Assembly: GCF_036321535.1 (NCBI RefSeq)
Contig: NC_087438.1
Location: forward strand, 12,650,001-12,714,000
Source of the DNA: Camelus dromedarius
Taxonomy: Eukaryota
DNA length: 64,000 nt
Direction: 5' to 3'
The notes under the pieces were generated by a model. That model saw nothing but the letters and a program-made list of their open reading frames with translations. It made no database searches and was not told the DNA's origin. Shown here piece after piece: positions 1-13,543 of the stretch (position 1 is its first letter; each line of letters begins with the position of its first letter). A program made the translations under genes and the position numbers.

Positions 1-189
1 AAGAGTGTGTGCAACAGATGAGGGACTGAGAAGCCATAAAAGCTTAAACAGAAGAAATCCAGAGAAGGAGATCTTTGTGCTGTTCAACCAAGACCTGTCT
101 GAGAGAGGTGTGTTCTGAGCCAGGGATACACTCTATTTCCAAGGGAAGGCATGTTATTGTTGTCATTGTTATTAATCTATAGCATGTAT

Positions 190-350
190 TGTCTGTTTTC
201 AATGTCACATGCTGCATACTTTGTATGTATTTTGTCATTTAATCCTCATAAAGGCTCAAAGAAGCAGGCACTACAGTTATCCCCATTTTGGAGGTCAAGT
301 GGCTTGTTCAGGCTCCTACAGATAGGAAGCCGCAGTGTTGGGATCTGAGC
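190..350 (-). mobile_element. MIR SINE fragment
   Basis: atttaatcctcat...ttatccccatttt...aagtggcttgttcagg resembles the antisense MIR core. Confidence 0.6.
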
Positions 351-639
351 CTCGTTTAGAGAACCTGTATATGTAGCCACAATTTGGCAAGTTTATGAGG
401 ATGGAAGGGAATTCTCTCCTCAATTTTGCAAAGAGGAATCTGAGGATTCGAGGTTTTGTGACTTGCCCATCAGCATGTGCTGGAATTAAGACAGTTATTC
501 AAGGTCTCTTAAACCTTAGTCTCATGCATTTCCAGCATACCAGGCTACCTCTTGTGCATGGGGAAGTCACTGAAGAGCAGACCAGTGGAGATCAGACTGC
601 CTTCAGGGCTGGGGCAACCTTGGAGGACTGCGCTCTGCA

Positions 640-1105
640 GAAGGAAGCAGTTGTGCGTAGCTCACACTTAAGGAGTGGAGAGTTATTCTCCATCTTCTTG
701 AGGGCTGATTATCTACATGAACTGTTTGGGATGCTTCCACCCGAGAGCTCTGTCTGTTCTCCCCCATTCATTTATTTATTCAATCCTGTAGTTATATCAG
801 TATAAACTTATGGGTATTTATTTCACACTTTGGGTTATAATCCAATAGATTTTATTTATTTTCTTGTTCAAATTGTTCAAACTTTGGCCACTGGGAACTC
901 GCTCGGTTGGCTCTTGTGTCCTTTTGATACGCCCATCATTCTGGGGTTTTTTTTTTTTGAGTACATTTTTGCTTTTTGGCACTACAAGAAGCTCCAGGCT
1001 CATCTTGACTATTTCCTGCTTTAGTCCTAGAATCAGACATTTCTCCAAGGAGTCCTGGTTCTTTTTGTTGGAGAGTGGTATTAGACACCAAGATCTAGGT
1101 GGCAT
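640..1105 (-). mobile_element. Old L1 (L1MC/L1MD-like) 3' UTR fragment
   Basis: ttctccaaggagtcctggttctttttgttggagagtggtattagacaccaagatctagg resembles the antisense L1MC/MD 3' end. Confidence 0.75.
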
Positions 1106-1394
1106 GAATCACGTTTTATGCATTTTAAATTGTAGCTAATGCTAAGAAGTCACCACTCGGCTGCTCTCAGGGTGGGGGTCAGGGGTTGGTGAGTGGAAGA
1201 GGTCCCAAGGAACTTCAAAGGTCTGATCTGTTTCTTAAACTCAGTGCTGGTTGCATGGGCTTCTTCATTTTACGAAAATTCATCAAGTTGTATACTTACG
1301 AAATGTGCATTTTCCTACTTTATGCTCTGTCTCAATAAAAATATATCAAAATGGGGGGAAAACAAAACAAAAACTAATAACAAACACTTGTTGG

Positions 1395-1560
1395 GTATCA
1401 GGAAGACAGGATCTGGAGTTTGAATCCCTGGGTTCAAATAATTAATCAGTGTTACAATCTTCAGTCAGCTACTTAACTTTTTTTGTTTCTCAGTTTTCGT
1501 TATGTATAAAATAAAGACAGGGTTATTATCTGCTATAGATGGCTGTTGTGCTCATAACAC
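1395..1560 (+). mobile_element. MIR SINE
   Basis: B-box-like gtttgaatccc followed by tacttaac...tctcagttttc...tgtataaaat core. Confidence 0.6.
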
Positions 1561-1574
1561 AGTCTCTTTCTCTT

Positions 1575-1670
1575 CATATACACATACACGCACATATATA
1601 CACATATATGTATACGTGTATGTATGTGTCTATATACACATATATGTGAAGGTATGTATATATATACATA
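1575..1670. repeat. (TA/CA/TG)n compound microsatellite
   Basis: Directly visible alternating purine-pyrimidine repeat. Confidence 0.85.
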
Positions 1671-1672
1671 AA

Positions 1673-2316
1673 GAGTTAATCCGCATCATTTGCAGAGTCT
1701 TTGTTTGTGAATTTGCCTACTTGCTAAACGTGACGTGTAATGCCCAAACCGCTACGTGTGGCACTCTGGGGCCATGTGTGGTCACGCACAAGGTGGCAAC
1801 AGATTAGAATCCGCTGATGCCCGAGTTCCCAGTGAGCATGAATGAGGCCGTGCTCCGCCTGCTAGTCTCAGCTTTTATAATGTAAAGAAGTGTTCTTTTC
1901 TCAAGATATTTAATGCCACGCTTTTTCACATTTTTGTGCTTTTTTGTTGGTGAGTTCGCTGTCTAAAATGGCCCACGATGCAGGGCTGACGTCCTTCCTA
2001 TTTGGCGTTCCTAAGTACAAGGATGCTGTGATGTGCCTTAAGGAGAAAACAGGTGTGCAGATAAGCTTCGTTTAGCCACGAGTGATGGTGCCACTGGCTG
2101 TGTGACGAATATTAATGAATCGCCAACATATATTAAATAAGGCGCCTTTAAATAGAAACAAGATTATGTATTGATCTGATAACGAATACGTTGTGACTGG
2201 ATGCTTGCAGGAACCTACCCTGTGTTATCCCTAAAAGCAATGGCTCATTACTAACTAGTTTAGTGTTTGTAGTGCCTTCATAGAATATAAGGACTACAAA
2301 TCATGAGGATGAGTTG
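1673..2316 (+). mobile_element. MER82 (TcMar-Tigger non-autonomous DNA transposon), near full length
   Basis: Degenerate TIRs (gagttaatccgcatcatttg / caaatcatgaggatgagttg), TA-rich flanks, internal gttcctaagtacaaggatgctgtgatgtgcctta typical of MER82; about 645 bp. Confidence 0.8.
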
Positions 2317-2579
2317 TATATATGTACAGATAGGTGGATACGGATGTACACACATGTATGTATATATCTAACTAGACAGATGGATATCAATGTATCGTCG
2401 ACTTATCTGTACGGATATGAGAACAGCCTGTCAATACAATCAGCCTTAACCCCTGTGTTAGCTACGATTGTCAAGCTATCTGACTAGGCTGCTCTCCAAC
2501 CCACGACTCCCGGGAAAGATGTGGCTGAGTCTTTGGGCTCCGAGTAGCACTTCTCCCCTGGGGTGCTGAAGACACAGTG

Positions 2580-2706
2580 ATGAACAAAGCAAGTCCCTCC
2601 TCTCATGGAGCTTACGCTGTATAATAAGTCCAAAGGCCTGTTTGCCACTGTGTGCACACCTAGTGTCTGGCACCTAGTACCTAGAAAGTACTCAGTATTT
2701 TGTAAA
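2580..2706. mobile_element. L2 3'-end fragments
   Basis: ctctcatggagcttac and tctggcacctag...tactcagtattttgt are typical L2 3' motifs. Confidence 0.5.
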
Positions 2707-3116
2707 CTACCTAAAAATCCCAAGGGAAGTGTGAGAGTATGATGGAAAAAAAGGGAAGTTCAAAACTAAGCCACTGTATTAGGCAAAAACAGACAAGTAA
2801 ACAGATGCCTACCAGGTAAGAGATTTTTGTAATGACTTGTTTTTGCCCTTAAACTTAATTTTCCATGAGTAGATGTCCTGGGCTCACCATAAAGATGGAT
2901 AAACCTATCTAATATAGGGAATGAATACATACTTTAGCTTTCAAGTATATGAGTGTGATATTTCTATTTTTTTTTCTAGGTTTAGAAAGCAAATCTGTTC
3001 TGATGCTTTACCAACTAAATACATGTTCTGATTGTTCCAGTTATCCTGTGCCAAAAAAAAAAAAAAAAAAAAGCAAAAACGGGCTTTTCCATGTTCGTTA
3101 CAGAGATTGAACTTAC

Positions 3117-3189
3117 CTGGTGTTGGTGAGCCTTGGAAACGAGCCGCTTTTCAAAGCTTTCTAGGCAATTTGAATCAGGTTGCTGAACT
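3117..3189 (-). other. Candidate spliced exon (73 nt; 5' UTR or lncRNA)
   Basis: Minus strand: acceptor tttttttcag|AG and consensus donor CAG|gtaagt; not repeat-like. Confidence 0.5.
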
Positions 3190-4399
3190 CTGAAAAAAAT
3201 CCTACAGCCGACTTTAGAAGACCAAAGAACTCAAAACATACACACTCTGGGCTATTGCAAAATGCAGCACTTAAGCTAAAATGAGCTGTACTTAGAGCAA
3301 TGGAGACACAGATCATATGAGGGTGGATTTTAATTGAAGGGAAGCACAGAGAGGGGACATTGTCATGAACATTCTCTACACAGGACAAGGGTAAACCGAG
3401 TTTATTTCAATAAAAGTGCACAGTTTGGGGAGTTCTGTGAGGCAGGATCATTTCTTGGAATTTAGGGGAGGCTCAGAACCACCCACTGGATGTCAAAACC
3501 ATACAAGATTCTCTGCTACAATTGTGCCAAAGTAAGCGTGATCCTGGAATTCCTCTGGGCAATCTATTTGGACAACCATCAAAACTATCACCCAGATGTC
3601 TGGTTTCTGGGCAAAAGTTCTGGAAAGAAGAATCAGGAAGCTCTCTTTAGAATGTATGAGGGTGAAGAGGTAAGGGAGAAAGCCTGTTTAAATTAAATCA
3701 GATCTCATGTATAAACTGGCTCAACTGTTTCTAAAGCCCCCTCTTATCCCTAAAATATAATCATCGTGTGAATGAAACGTGATATTCTTATTTCATAACA
3801 AGAATAATTTTCTCCACCAAAAAATTAAAACATACTACCAGTATGCCAACATCATACACTGTTTGTGCTATTTCCTCCTTGACAGGCAGAATTAAACCCT
3901 TCCATGGAGGGGGGCTTTACTCCAGAGCTAACCAAACATCAAGGTAACAGATTTATGTGTGTGGTGGTGCCATGAGGTAAGTGCCCAGCAATCCCTTTGA
4001 GAAAATCTGCTGTGGGGTGGGAGGCTGACGAGCAGTACTAACACCAGTTCTTTGCTGCAGAAGGCAGGTGTCCTTTGATGGGTAAGCTCTGCTCCAGGGC
4101 TCACCGTCAACCTGGAAAAGATGCTCGCAGAGCCCACTGCAGGCTGAGGCTCCCTCTTTCCTTTCTCAGGTGTCAGAACTGCAGCTCAGGCTGAAGACCG
4201 TCTCCAAAATATCCCTGCCCTCTCTCTCCTCCCCTCTGTCCTTCACTTGGATTTCCCCTCCACTCGCACCACAATCTCTCAACTATCTAATTGCGTCTTC
4301 ATGTCTAATTCTTGGAGACCCTGGACTGACACACATGAAAAAAAGGTTTTGCTAAGTAAATAAGACCCAAGGAGGACAGAAGGGGATGGTATATATATT

Positions 4400-4884
4400 T
4401 CTTTCTTTTCTTTTTCTTTTTATTGAAGTATAGTCAGTTTACAATGTATCAATTATTTCTGGCATACAGCATAATGTTTCAGTCATATATACATGTACAT
4501 ATATGCATTTTCATATTCTTTTTCATTATAGGTTACTACAAGATATTGAATATAGTTCTCTGTGCTACACAGGAGAAACTTGCTGTTTATGTATTTTATA
4601 TGAGTTATATCGTATGGTTTTTTTTTTCTCTTTCTGGCTCACCTTTCTTTGAATGATGATCTCCAGGTCCATCCATGTTTCTGCAAAAGGCATTATTTTA
4701 TTCTTTTTTATGGCTGAGTAGTATTCCATTGTATAAATATACCACATCTTCTTTATTGAGTCCTCTGTTGATGGACATTGAGGTTGTTTACATGTCTTGG
4801 CTATTGTATATAGTGCTTCTATGAACATTGGGGTGCATGCATATTTTTGAATTAGAGTTCCCTCCTGATACATACCCAAGGAGT
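4400..4884 (-). mobile_element. Lineage-specific L1 3' end with ORF2 C-terminal remnant and internal deletion
   Basis: T-rich tail, attgaagtatagtcagtttacaat terminus; translation CTPMFIEALYTIAKT...KKMWYIYTMEYYSAIKKN matches the L1 ORF2 C-terminus. Confidence 0.92.
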
Positions 4885-6464
4885 CACCAGGTATTCTCTT
4901 GACTGAGGTCCTGATGGAGCTGTTAGAATTGTCAAGTAAGACAATTCTATTGACCTCCCTTCTTGGGCTGTGCCCAGGAAGGACAGATGACCCACTCTGA
5001 TTTGGACTGGGAGCCAAGGATCCTGGCTCCATGTTGGAATATTAGCCCATTTGGGGTGAGAAGGAATAGACTGAGATTTGCACAGCCTTCAGCCGGCCCC
5101 AGGTGAGAAGCCAGTTTAGTGAAGAAAGACAGAGTTCATATGCCCAGCTCTACCTTGAGTTTCCTTCACACTTTCCATTCAGATTCCAGGGATCCTCTTT
5201 GGGACCCTCTCCTTTCCCCCAAGGCTGCCTGGGATGCTCATTTGACCAGCATCCTCTAGATGGAAATACTAGAATTGCTGGGTGTCACACCTCTCATAGG
5301 GGCAGATCAGGACTTCAGACATTTCCCTTGGTTTCTAGCTGGAAAAGTCCCAATTTGAAAAGCAGATGTAGTGGGGTGGGGAGCAGAAGGGTCATGGGCA
5401 TTACCCCAATATAAGGCACAATGACATTATCAGTCTTATAACCTGTCATCTGGAAATATCAGCAAATAATGGTAAAAACCATACTGGCTTTTCTGCCCAA
5501 GGGACCGTGGAGACAGACTCTTTGCCCCCACAGCAGCCCACTTTTTTCTCAACAAGGAGAGGGAGAATTGGCCAAGTTGGCAATTCAAAGTCAAGTTCTA
5601 CAGACATACATTTATGAGTTACCTTTTCTCAGTAATGGAAATACTTCCTTAATTCAGGAAAGCACACAGAGTTAGGGGTTAGAAGCTCTGGTTATTGCAC
5701 CAACCCACTGCGTAGCCCTCTCTGCCCTCTCCCCACCTCAGTGTCCCCTGCTGTAACATGGATTGATCTGTGACACTAGTGTGTGTCCTACCTCTGCCAT
5801 TTTCATAAGGCTGTACTGTCCAAGTGAAAGATGGGCACAGAAACCATGACGAGAAGAAAGCATATTTGAAATCAGGGTGGTCCTCATTAATCCGGTTAGC
5901 TTTTTTTACTGGTTCTTTCAAAAGAAAACTATTTTCATAAATATTTCCTTTGAAAATCCTTGCTTATCTTAAAGACTTACTAGAATATCTTTCTCAGACA
6001 TGGAAGCACGTTATTCTCTGCTTAATTTGAAGTTTGATTACCAGGCACATTCATCTAAAAAAAAAAAAAAAACAACGATATTACTTAAGTCAAACTTTAT
6101 ACAGAAGATAGGTCACCTATTAAAGAAATAAGTAATTGTAACATGCCTCATAATTTTTTCCAGGATTATGGTAAATATATTCTTTATTTTTTAATTCCCC
6201 AAACCATTAGCTACCAAATAGAACATTAGATTAAAAATTTTTAATTAGAAAGTTATTTAGAGAAAAACAATACAAATCTCAAATATCTCATATTTACCTC
6301 CTTCTGGAACTCTGAACACTAAATTTTGTTAAAAGACATATAGGACATATGAAGGACAACTTAGGAAGGACAGCCACTTGGGGTTGCAGTAAATAAAGCA
6401 GGCTCCCTGTTCAAGTTAAATGTGTGTGATTATCTGAAAGCTATTTACAGTTCCCATAAAATAC

Positions 6465-6549
6465 CTTTCTCTCTGTATTCATTGCTGCAAGGATTGAAAA
6501 GGGAGGTCTAATATTTTCTGCTTTTAATCTCTTTGCCAACTATCAGTAG
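6465..6549 (-). other. Candidate spliced exon (85 nt)
   Basis: Minus strand: about 55-nt polypyrimidine tract then caccag|CT; donor AAG|gtattt; ends ATG AAT ACA GAG AGA AAG (MNTERK). Confidence 0.4.
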
Positions 6550-7191
6550 CTGGTGGAAAAAAGAAAGAAAGGAAGAAAAGAAAGCAAGAAAGCAAGAAAG
6601 CAAAAGAATCACTCCGATTTGGCCTTCATGATCCCCTATTGCTCTGTCTGCAAATTGCACTGAGATCAGGCAGATGGGAGGCCAGCTGCAGCCACACAGG
6701 ATGGGGCCCAAGGGACCGCACACAAAGCAGCTGGCACTGCTGGGACCCTGAGCCAGCTTCTTCTGCCTCTGATCACCCCCAGCGCGGCTCTGTCTGGTCT
6801 AGCATCAGTCACACCCACCAGCGCAGACCTGAATGGTTTGTCTCAAGTCGGGAATGTTAATAGAAGCTGATTGTCCGAAGCCAGCTAAGAACCTTTTCAC
6901 CATTGTTTACTTCTAACGTGTGCCTTGTTCAGCAGCCGCTCTGTGACGAGGCCACCTCAGCGATAGGAGAGGGGGAGGGTGCTCCCACGGATGCTTTCCT
7001 ACCTCAGGGGAAGTGATGTACAGAAAGGACTTGGTAAATTGTAACCTCCTTTCTGAAGGAATACCCTCTGAAGTGAATGAAGAGGCTTGCCTTTACAAAT
7101 AGGTACCTACAATAGGCACCTTTTCCTTCACACCTCAGAAACAACTTACTATTGCTATTTCACAAATTAATGGAACGCAGAGCTATTATCC

Positions 7192-7380
7192 CAGTAGCTC
7201 TCAAAGTGTGGTCCCTGGACCAGTGGCAGCAGCATCACCTGGGAACTTGTTAGAAATGCAGATTCTCAGGGTGCACCCAAGACCTACTGAATTGGAGGCT
7301 GAGGGTTTGGGCCCCAGGAATCTGCATTTAGGCAAGCCCTGCCGGTGATTCTGACGCATGCTCAAGTCTGAGGACTACTA
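7192..7380 (+). mobile_element. MER5A (hAT-Charlie) DNA transposon
   Basis: cagtagctctcaaagtgtggtccctggaccag...agcatcacctgggaacttgttagaaatgcagattctc...gtctgaggactact; about 190 bp with TIRs. Confidence 0.9.
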
Positions 7381-8165
7381 TTTTATGCCTTTTGTTTGTG
7401 TTTCTATAATAATATTGATATTTTTCAAATTCATGTTGTCAAAATCAACATTTTCAATTTCACATCTGCAAAACGTCCCATCTTACTAGCGGCTCACGGG
7501 GCCCCATGTCACATCTGTTATGTCATAGGCTTTAAAGCTTCAGACAGCAGATGTCTTTGGTCTTGCGGCCACCTCTCTGGCTCTAGGTTAGACATCCGTC
7601 CCCTGATTCTTCTCTTTCCTCACAGCAACCTTCGGATTCCATCCAGGTTGATCACTTAATGGGACTTTACACTTCTTTGGGTCATAAGATCCGTAAATAT
7701 GCTTTCCCTTGGTTTCTTAAGACCACTGTATTTGGAGGAATCTCAAATTAAGTGTTTTCTCTATTAAGTAATTTTTAAAAAATCTGGATTCGATCCTGAA
7801 TTCTTTTCATGATATTGAAGACTTACGGACTTGGATAAATATTCTACAAGATATTCAGTTGAATTTTGGCTAGTTCACTCAGCTTCCCCTGCCCAGGCAC
7901 AATTTATAAAGCCATTCCAGCAACACATACACGTAAGCAAGCATTCACGTGCAATTGAAAAATTTCAAGTTCGCAGGCTTTAAGGGCCTGCTTTCCATTT
8001 TGTCTTCTCCCAAAGGATGACTTTTGGGTGGAGTGAAAGGAGAAGGGCTGAAAGTTCTTTCCTTCCTTTGTGGATTTTCTTGGGGAAGTGAATGGCTATT
8101 AAGAATGGCAAGTCGGAAAAAAAAAATTCCTAACTTTCACAGTGGATTTTATTGGTAACTGTTTC

Positions 8166-8488
<323 letters not shown>

Positions 8489-8611
8489 TTGGTAGCTGTT
8501 TCTAAACTGGGGAGTGTTTAAAAAGTTGTAGCGCTTAAAGAGAAAATTCTAGCTTCCATATCCAACTAGTTTTTCACTCAAAATGTATTAATCAAATCTT
8601 TGACCCCTTAC

Positions 8612-8663
8612 CATGGGTCCGCAATTGTTCCATCTGAGGTATATGGGTGAAACAAATAAACAC
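8612..8663 (-). other. Candidate exon (or 3' end of a first exon) downstream of the CpG-rich island
   Basis: Minus-strand donor ATG|gtaagg and acceptor tttatcctag|GT. Confidence 0.35.
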
Positions 8664-8769
8664 CTAGGATAAACGATAAATAATATATTAGCAGTGTATA
8701 TAATATTCCAGAAGAGACAGCAGTGGAACTGTTTCTATGTGCAGACATTTCAGAACCTCCCTGAGACTT

Positions 8770-9020
8770 AATCACGGGGGTATTTCGGGGGATTGCTCCC
8801 ACCACCCACAGACTGTGATTAGCTTGGGCTTTGGCCAGGATTTGTTGGCCCAGGTTTCTGAGTGTCCACTATAAACGAGCCGCCTCAGCCTGCGCCAGGC
8901 GAGCAAGGCCACACAAGCCTCAGGAAGGTTCCGCCTGTCCGGGGAGGGCTGCTCAGAGGGGCCTGAGGGGACTGCTGCCCGCTCCTCCCGCCCCGCAGCC
9001 TCCCTGCTCCTGACTGGGAG
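8770..9020. promoter_or_regulatory. Small CpG/GC-rich promoter-like island
   Basis: Local GC and CpG enrichment in an AT-rich context; GC box cccgcccc at 8987-8994; TATAAA at 8870-8875 (+). Confidence 0.55.
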
Positions 9021-9874
9021 AACCTGATACCCTTCAAAATAGAGAGTATATTGATCTGTTTTTGAGGCCACAAATGCCAAAGCGCTGTCAGCTAATGTGA
9101 CTTCAGAAGGTTAAATATGGCTTTGGAAAGAATTACCGGCGGCCCACAAACGTTTTCTAGGTGATCGAATATGCAGACATGGAGAATGAAGACATCCGGG
9201 GTGGGTTTCTGTGCCCCCAGATGCGTCTCTCCAGGCATACGTCATGTCCTTTGTGTTTTATCTGGGTCTGCAGCACCCTGTGTCTTCATTAGACAACGTC
9301 ATGCCTGGAAAATTAGGAAAAATGAGAGGAAAAGAGAATATGTCAAAGACTGGAAAACAGTTCCCTTTTACTTTTACGAATTATACATGTATTGATCAGT
9401 AAGCCTGCCTCTCTCCCATTGTGCTCCAGAGGGTGGTTCGGGGGTGGGGAGGGAAAAACGAAATAGAAAGAGAGAGGGGGAGGGGAGGAGAGAGAGAGAA
9501 AGAATGGAATACGAACCCTTTGGTAGTGGGATGCAAAATTCAAACTTCTTGGGTTAAAAACACCAAGAATTTGGCAATACGTTACCCAGAGACAGATTTA
9601 GAAACTTCTTTGTCATTTGATCTTTCAGCTTTTTCCTCCTCTTTCCTTTTATACACCATGGGCAGTAAAAATAACTTGGTTTTCATGTTCAGTTCAGTTT
9701 TGCTCCCTTGTCTTTCATGTGGTGGTAAGTTGCGCTCGGCTTGAATTTACAGAAAATACCTCAGGGAAACACTCAGACGGTCTAGCCTTGGAATATTTTC
9801 TTGATTTCTGTTTAATAAAATTTATGTGACTATGGACTGAATCATATTAAAGTGGAGTTTTGCTGAACATTTCA

Positions 9875-10085
9875 GCCTCAGAAAACCTGGGCTTGAACTT
9901 CAACTGTATCTCCCAGCCGTGTGACCAGTAATCATGTTACGTCACCTCTTTCCGTTCATAATTTTATGTGTAACGTGTTGGTGATCACATGGCCTGAGCT
10001 TTCCCAGCATTGTTTGGAGTGTGATAAGAATAATATGTGAATTTGCTCTGCAAACTAAAAAGTCCACCAAAAGTTGGTTATCAAT
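9875..10085 (+). mobile_element. MIR-family SINE, degraded
   Basis: acctgggcttgaac...cagccgtgtgacc...gttacgtcacctct motifs. Confidence 0.5.
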
Positions 10086-11106
10086 ATTAAAATATTTCTA
10101 ATATTTCAAAATTAAAATATTACATTATTTGAATATTACCATTAAGAGAGTATCTTTTGAGAAAATTTCTAAAGTTGAGTTTGAAGCTCTCCTTGGAAAA
10201 AAATGGACATAGAAATGATAGGATGTTCTTTTTTTCCTTGGACTTCGGCTTTTGTACCCTGGAGATAAACTGAAAAGGAAGGGGAAATGTTTCTGAACAG
10301 GCATATGGATAAGTAGCTACTTATGTGTCTTTGATTGATCAGGCTGCTGTAATTGATTTATGCCCATTTTACTGCTTGTGTGAAGTCTGTGCACAAATGT
10401 GATGTTAGCACATAATTCCATTATAAAAGTGTGAATTATAGGTAATTAAAGGTTGTGAGGCTGAAAGGTGATGCTTCCCCAGAGGTACAGTTTTGTGGGA
10501 TCACGTTTCCATTATGTGTGTTAGTTCTCAGAACTAAATAGGAACAGCCTCCCACCCCTCAACAGTCCCACCAGCACAGTGGTAGGAGGGTACTTGGTTT
10601 AAGGAACTTGCTCCTGCTGGCTTTCATTTTGGGGAACAAAATGAAAAATGAAATGCTGTACGTCCAGATGATCATACCTAACAGTGTACAACGTCCCACC
10701 TGCTACAGGCAGAAGAAAGTTCTGCTGATCCTTCCTTGGGGTACTCTGACTTATTTAGAAGATGGGGCAGGAACAATGTTCTTTCATGTTCTGTCCAGGT
10801 TTGAGGGTCTTGTGGATGCTTAACAATGAATAAACTGTCCATGACACTGTGAAGAGATTCCACCAGTTGTTTGCTCGCTTCCTGAATGAATACTCAGCCT
10901 TTGCCAGATCCCAGGGAACACAGCACTCTAAAAATCGGGACAGGAGAAAGCGTATTTATTTCGTTGATGAATGGCATTAATTGCAGATACAGTGAGTAGA
11001 CTCAAATCAAGAAGTCTTGTGGTTTGCCCTTTCCCCCAGCTGATGCTCATTGACTTGATGCTTTGGAATATCTGAGAGAGCAAAAGTGCTTCTGAATGAA
11101 CTTCTT

Positions 11107-11294
11107 TGTGGTTATAACCCAGCTCCATCTCTTACTGTGGCACTTGGGGAGGATTTCTTAGTCTTTCTGACCTCCGTTTCCTCATCTGCAAAATCAGAGC
11201 AGGGCTGTTGCAAGACTTACATCAACTATTATATTTAAATATCTTAAAGCATATCTAGAGCATTATAAACATTCACTAAATGGTAGCTATTATT
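11107..11294 (+). mobile_element. MIR SINE
   Basis: ctccgtttcctcatctgcaaaat core and taaatggtagctattatt 3' end. Confidence 0.8.
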
Positions 11295-13543
11295 TACAAA
11301 CTTCAGAAAAATAATTAAAGCAAAGGAATCCACCCCATATACTGAAGACCTTTTAAAGCCAGGAGGAAAACAACGTCTTCTGTTTGGCATTTGTGTTATG
11401 GCCTGTGGCACAATTATTGTTATGTTAATAGACTTGCTGGAATAAAGGGCTTTGTGCTAGGTGAACTCTGCATCACACTGCATCACAGCCTTTGCCTTTA
11501 TTTAAAGAAGGATACTGAAAGGCAACAATGAAAGAAATACTGATTGGTAACAAAGTTTACATATGTATTAAGCAAGATAGGCAATCCTCCTTAGCCAATT
11601 TATTTTCAAGACACAACCTCTGCTGTTGCTCGGCTGTGCTATACGCTGCATGTACATTACAAATGGTATGTTACCACGGCCTGAGAGCTTCTCTCTGATA
11701 CATGGGCCATTGCTGCTGGTATCCAATCCCTCTTTCTTTTCTTTTTCTTTTTCTTAGTTTCCTTGTACCATACTCTTTTTTTTTTTTTTTTTAAACCTTT
11801 TTCCTTCTCCCAGTCCTGTCTGAGGTTGCCAAACAAAGCTACAGCCTCTGTCGGGTTTCCACTACCAATGCAGTGACAGAAATAGAGATTAGCAACCTGT
11901 CAGAAGAGCATGCTTTACTAAACAAAGGAAAGATGGATAACTCGCCCCCTCTAAATGGCAGAGCCACTGCACATACCTTTTGTTTGAATGAATTGTGGTT
12001 TCCAGTGATGGCTGATGTTAGAGTTCTGCTGCAAACAGAACTTACTTACTTTTGTAATTCTCCCCGACAGAGCATTAATACCGCAAGTGCTATCCCTGAC
12101 CTAGGCAAGGGACTCCAAAAAAGGGAAGTGGCAGTGGGTTATGTTCCTGCTGTTCTACAGTTACACATTTCTCACGGCTCTTTGGGCAAATGAGTGGAGA
12201 TACCCATGGACATAATTATGACAAAGCAAAGGAAGGAATGGCTATGCTTCAAAGCAATGAAACTGATGGAAGAAGAATCCATGTAGACGTCAGCACTTCT
12301 GAGTGTACAGGTGCTGCTGTGAGTGAGGACCAGAATCTACTGTGTTTGTTTGAGCTCTTCCACAGAGCAGGGGACTCAGTGCCCAGGGAATATGTTGTGT
12401 GCATAGGCACAGAAGGAGCGGAAAGAGAAGGAAGCAGTTGCCAAAGAACAGGGGACTAGGACTCAACCGGTCTTGAATAAAGCTCAACTTCTTTCCCAAG
12501 TTTTGTTTTAACTGTGAATAAAGCCACAGCGACTCCCTAGACATTGCCAGGGAACCTTCCTATTATAATGAATTGTCCTTCTCCTTAGCTTGCAGTCGTG
12601 TTATTTTATACTTCATTCTCTAGTTAAACCGGCAGCCTATCCCTCATATGCTGTTTCTTCAAGTTGTATGGCTGCAAAGCCATATTGTCCTTATTCTTTC
12701 CTTGGACAGGGGAGTTTATGTGGCCTTGGTAAGTTCACCCTGTTGAGCAGAAGTCAGAGACTCTTGCTATCGGCCTCAAGATTCAGCCAGCATTTCTACC
12801 TGTTACAGAACCTAAGACAAATTCTCCACATATGATTTTTCTGCTTCCCATGATCCTTAAAAAGAGATGGAAATTGATCAAGATGCCGGGAGCACTCAGT
12901 CATCTTTGTGACAGTCTCATCCTTTGTGCTGCACATTTTAGAACCAGGACATAGTGGAGCCCTTCACTCCATCTCTTGCTTCAAGACCACCCCGAGGGTG
13001 TATGGGATCCTGGATACATATTTTTCATGTGGGTCCTTTATTTAGATAATCAATTTCATTTTAAAATGTTTTGCAAAATTCGTGAACATCTGAGGCAGAG
13101 TGATTTGTCACTAAAGTTTTAGAATGATGAGTAGAAAAGAGGTACCGATGTATTTGTTTACTGACCAGTCAGAACACTTGATTTTTCATGGTATCTAGAC
13201 ACTGTCTCAGTTTAGATCCGGGAATCAGTTCTTCATATTCTTTGTTGTCAAATGTGCTGTTACTGGGTAATTTCATATTTCCCACTGAGGGAAAAAGGTA
13301 ACAACACTTATTATTCAAGTCCCTTAGCTCTCAGAACCTGTCTGCACTGAAATTTTATAGCTCTTCTTGGCTAAGTGTCCTGATGCCATTTGTTTCACAT
13401 TGGTTACACCATTATTCATGGTGCCGCACCATCCATCCTGCTCCCTGTGAGACTGGCTTCCGATGGCTCTTTAAAGGTTGTTCCTGTGATTCTTTGAAGA
13501 TGACCACAAATGCACACAGTATACAGGAAAATGTGCACAGTGA

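Noticed and set aside
5792..5815. Possible minus-strand microexon ending ATGAAAATGGCAGAG|gtagga
   Set aside because: Ambiguous acceptor and too short to distinguish from chance.
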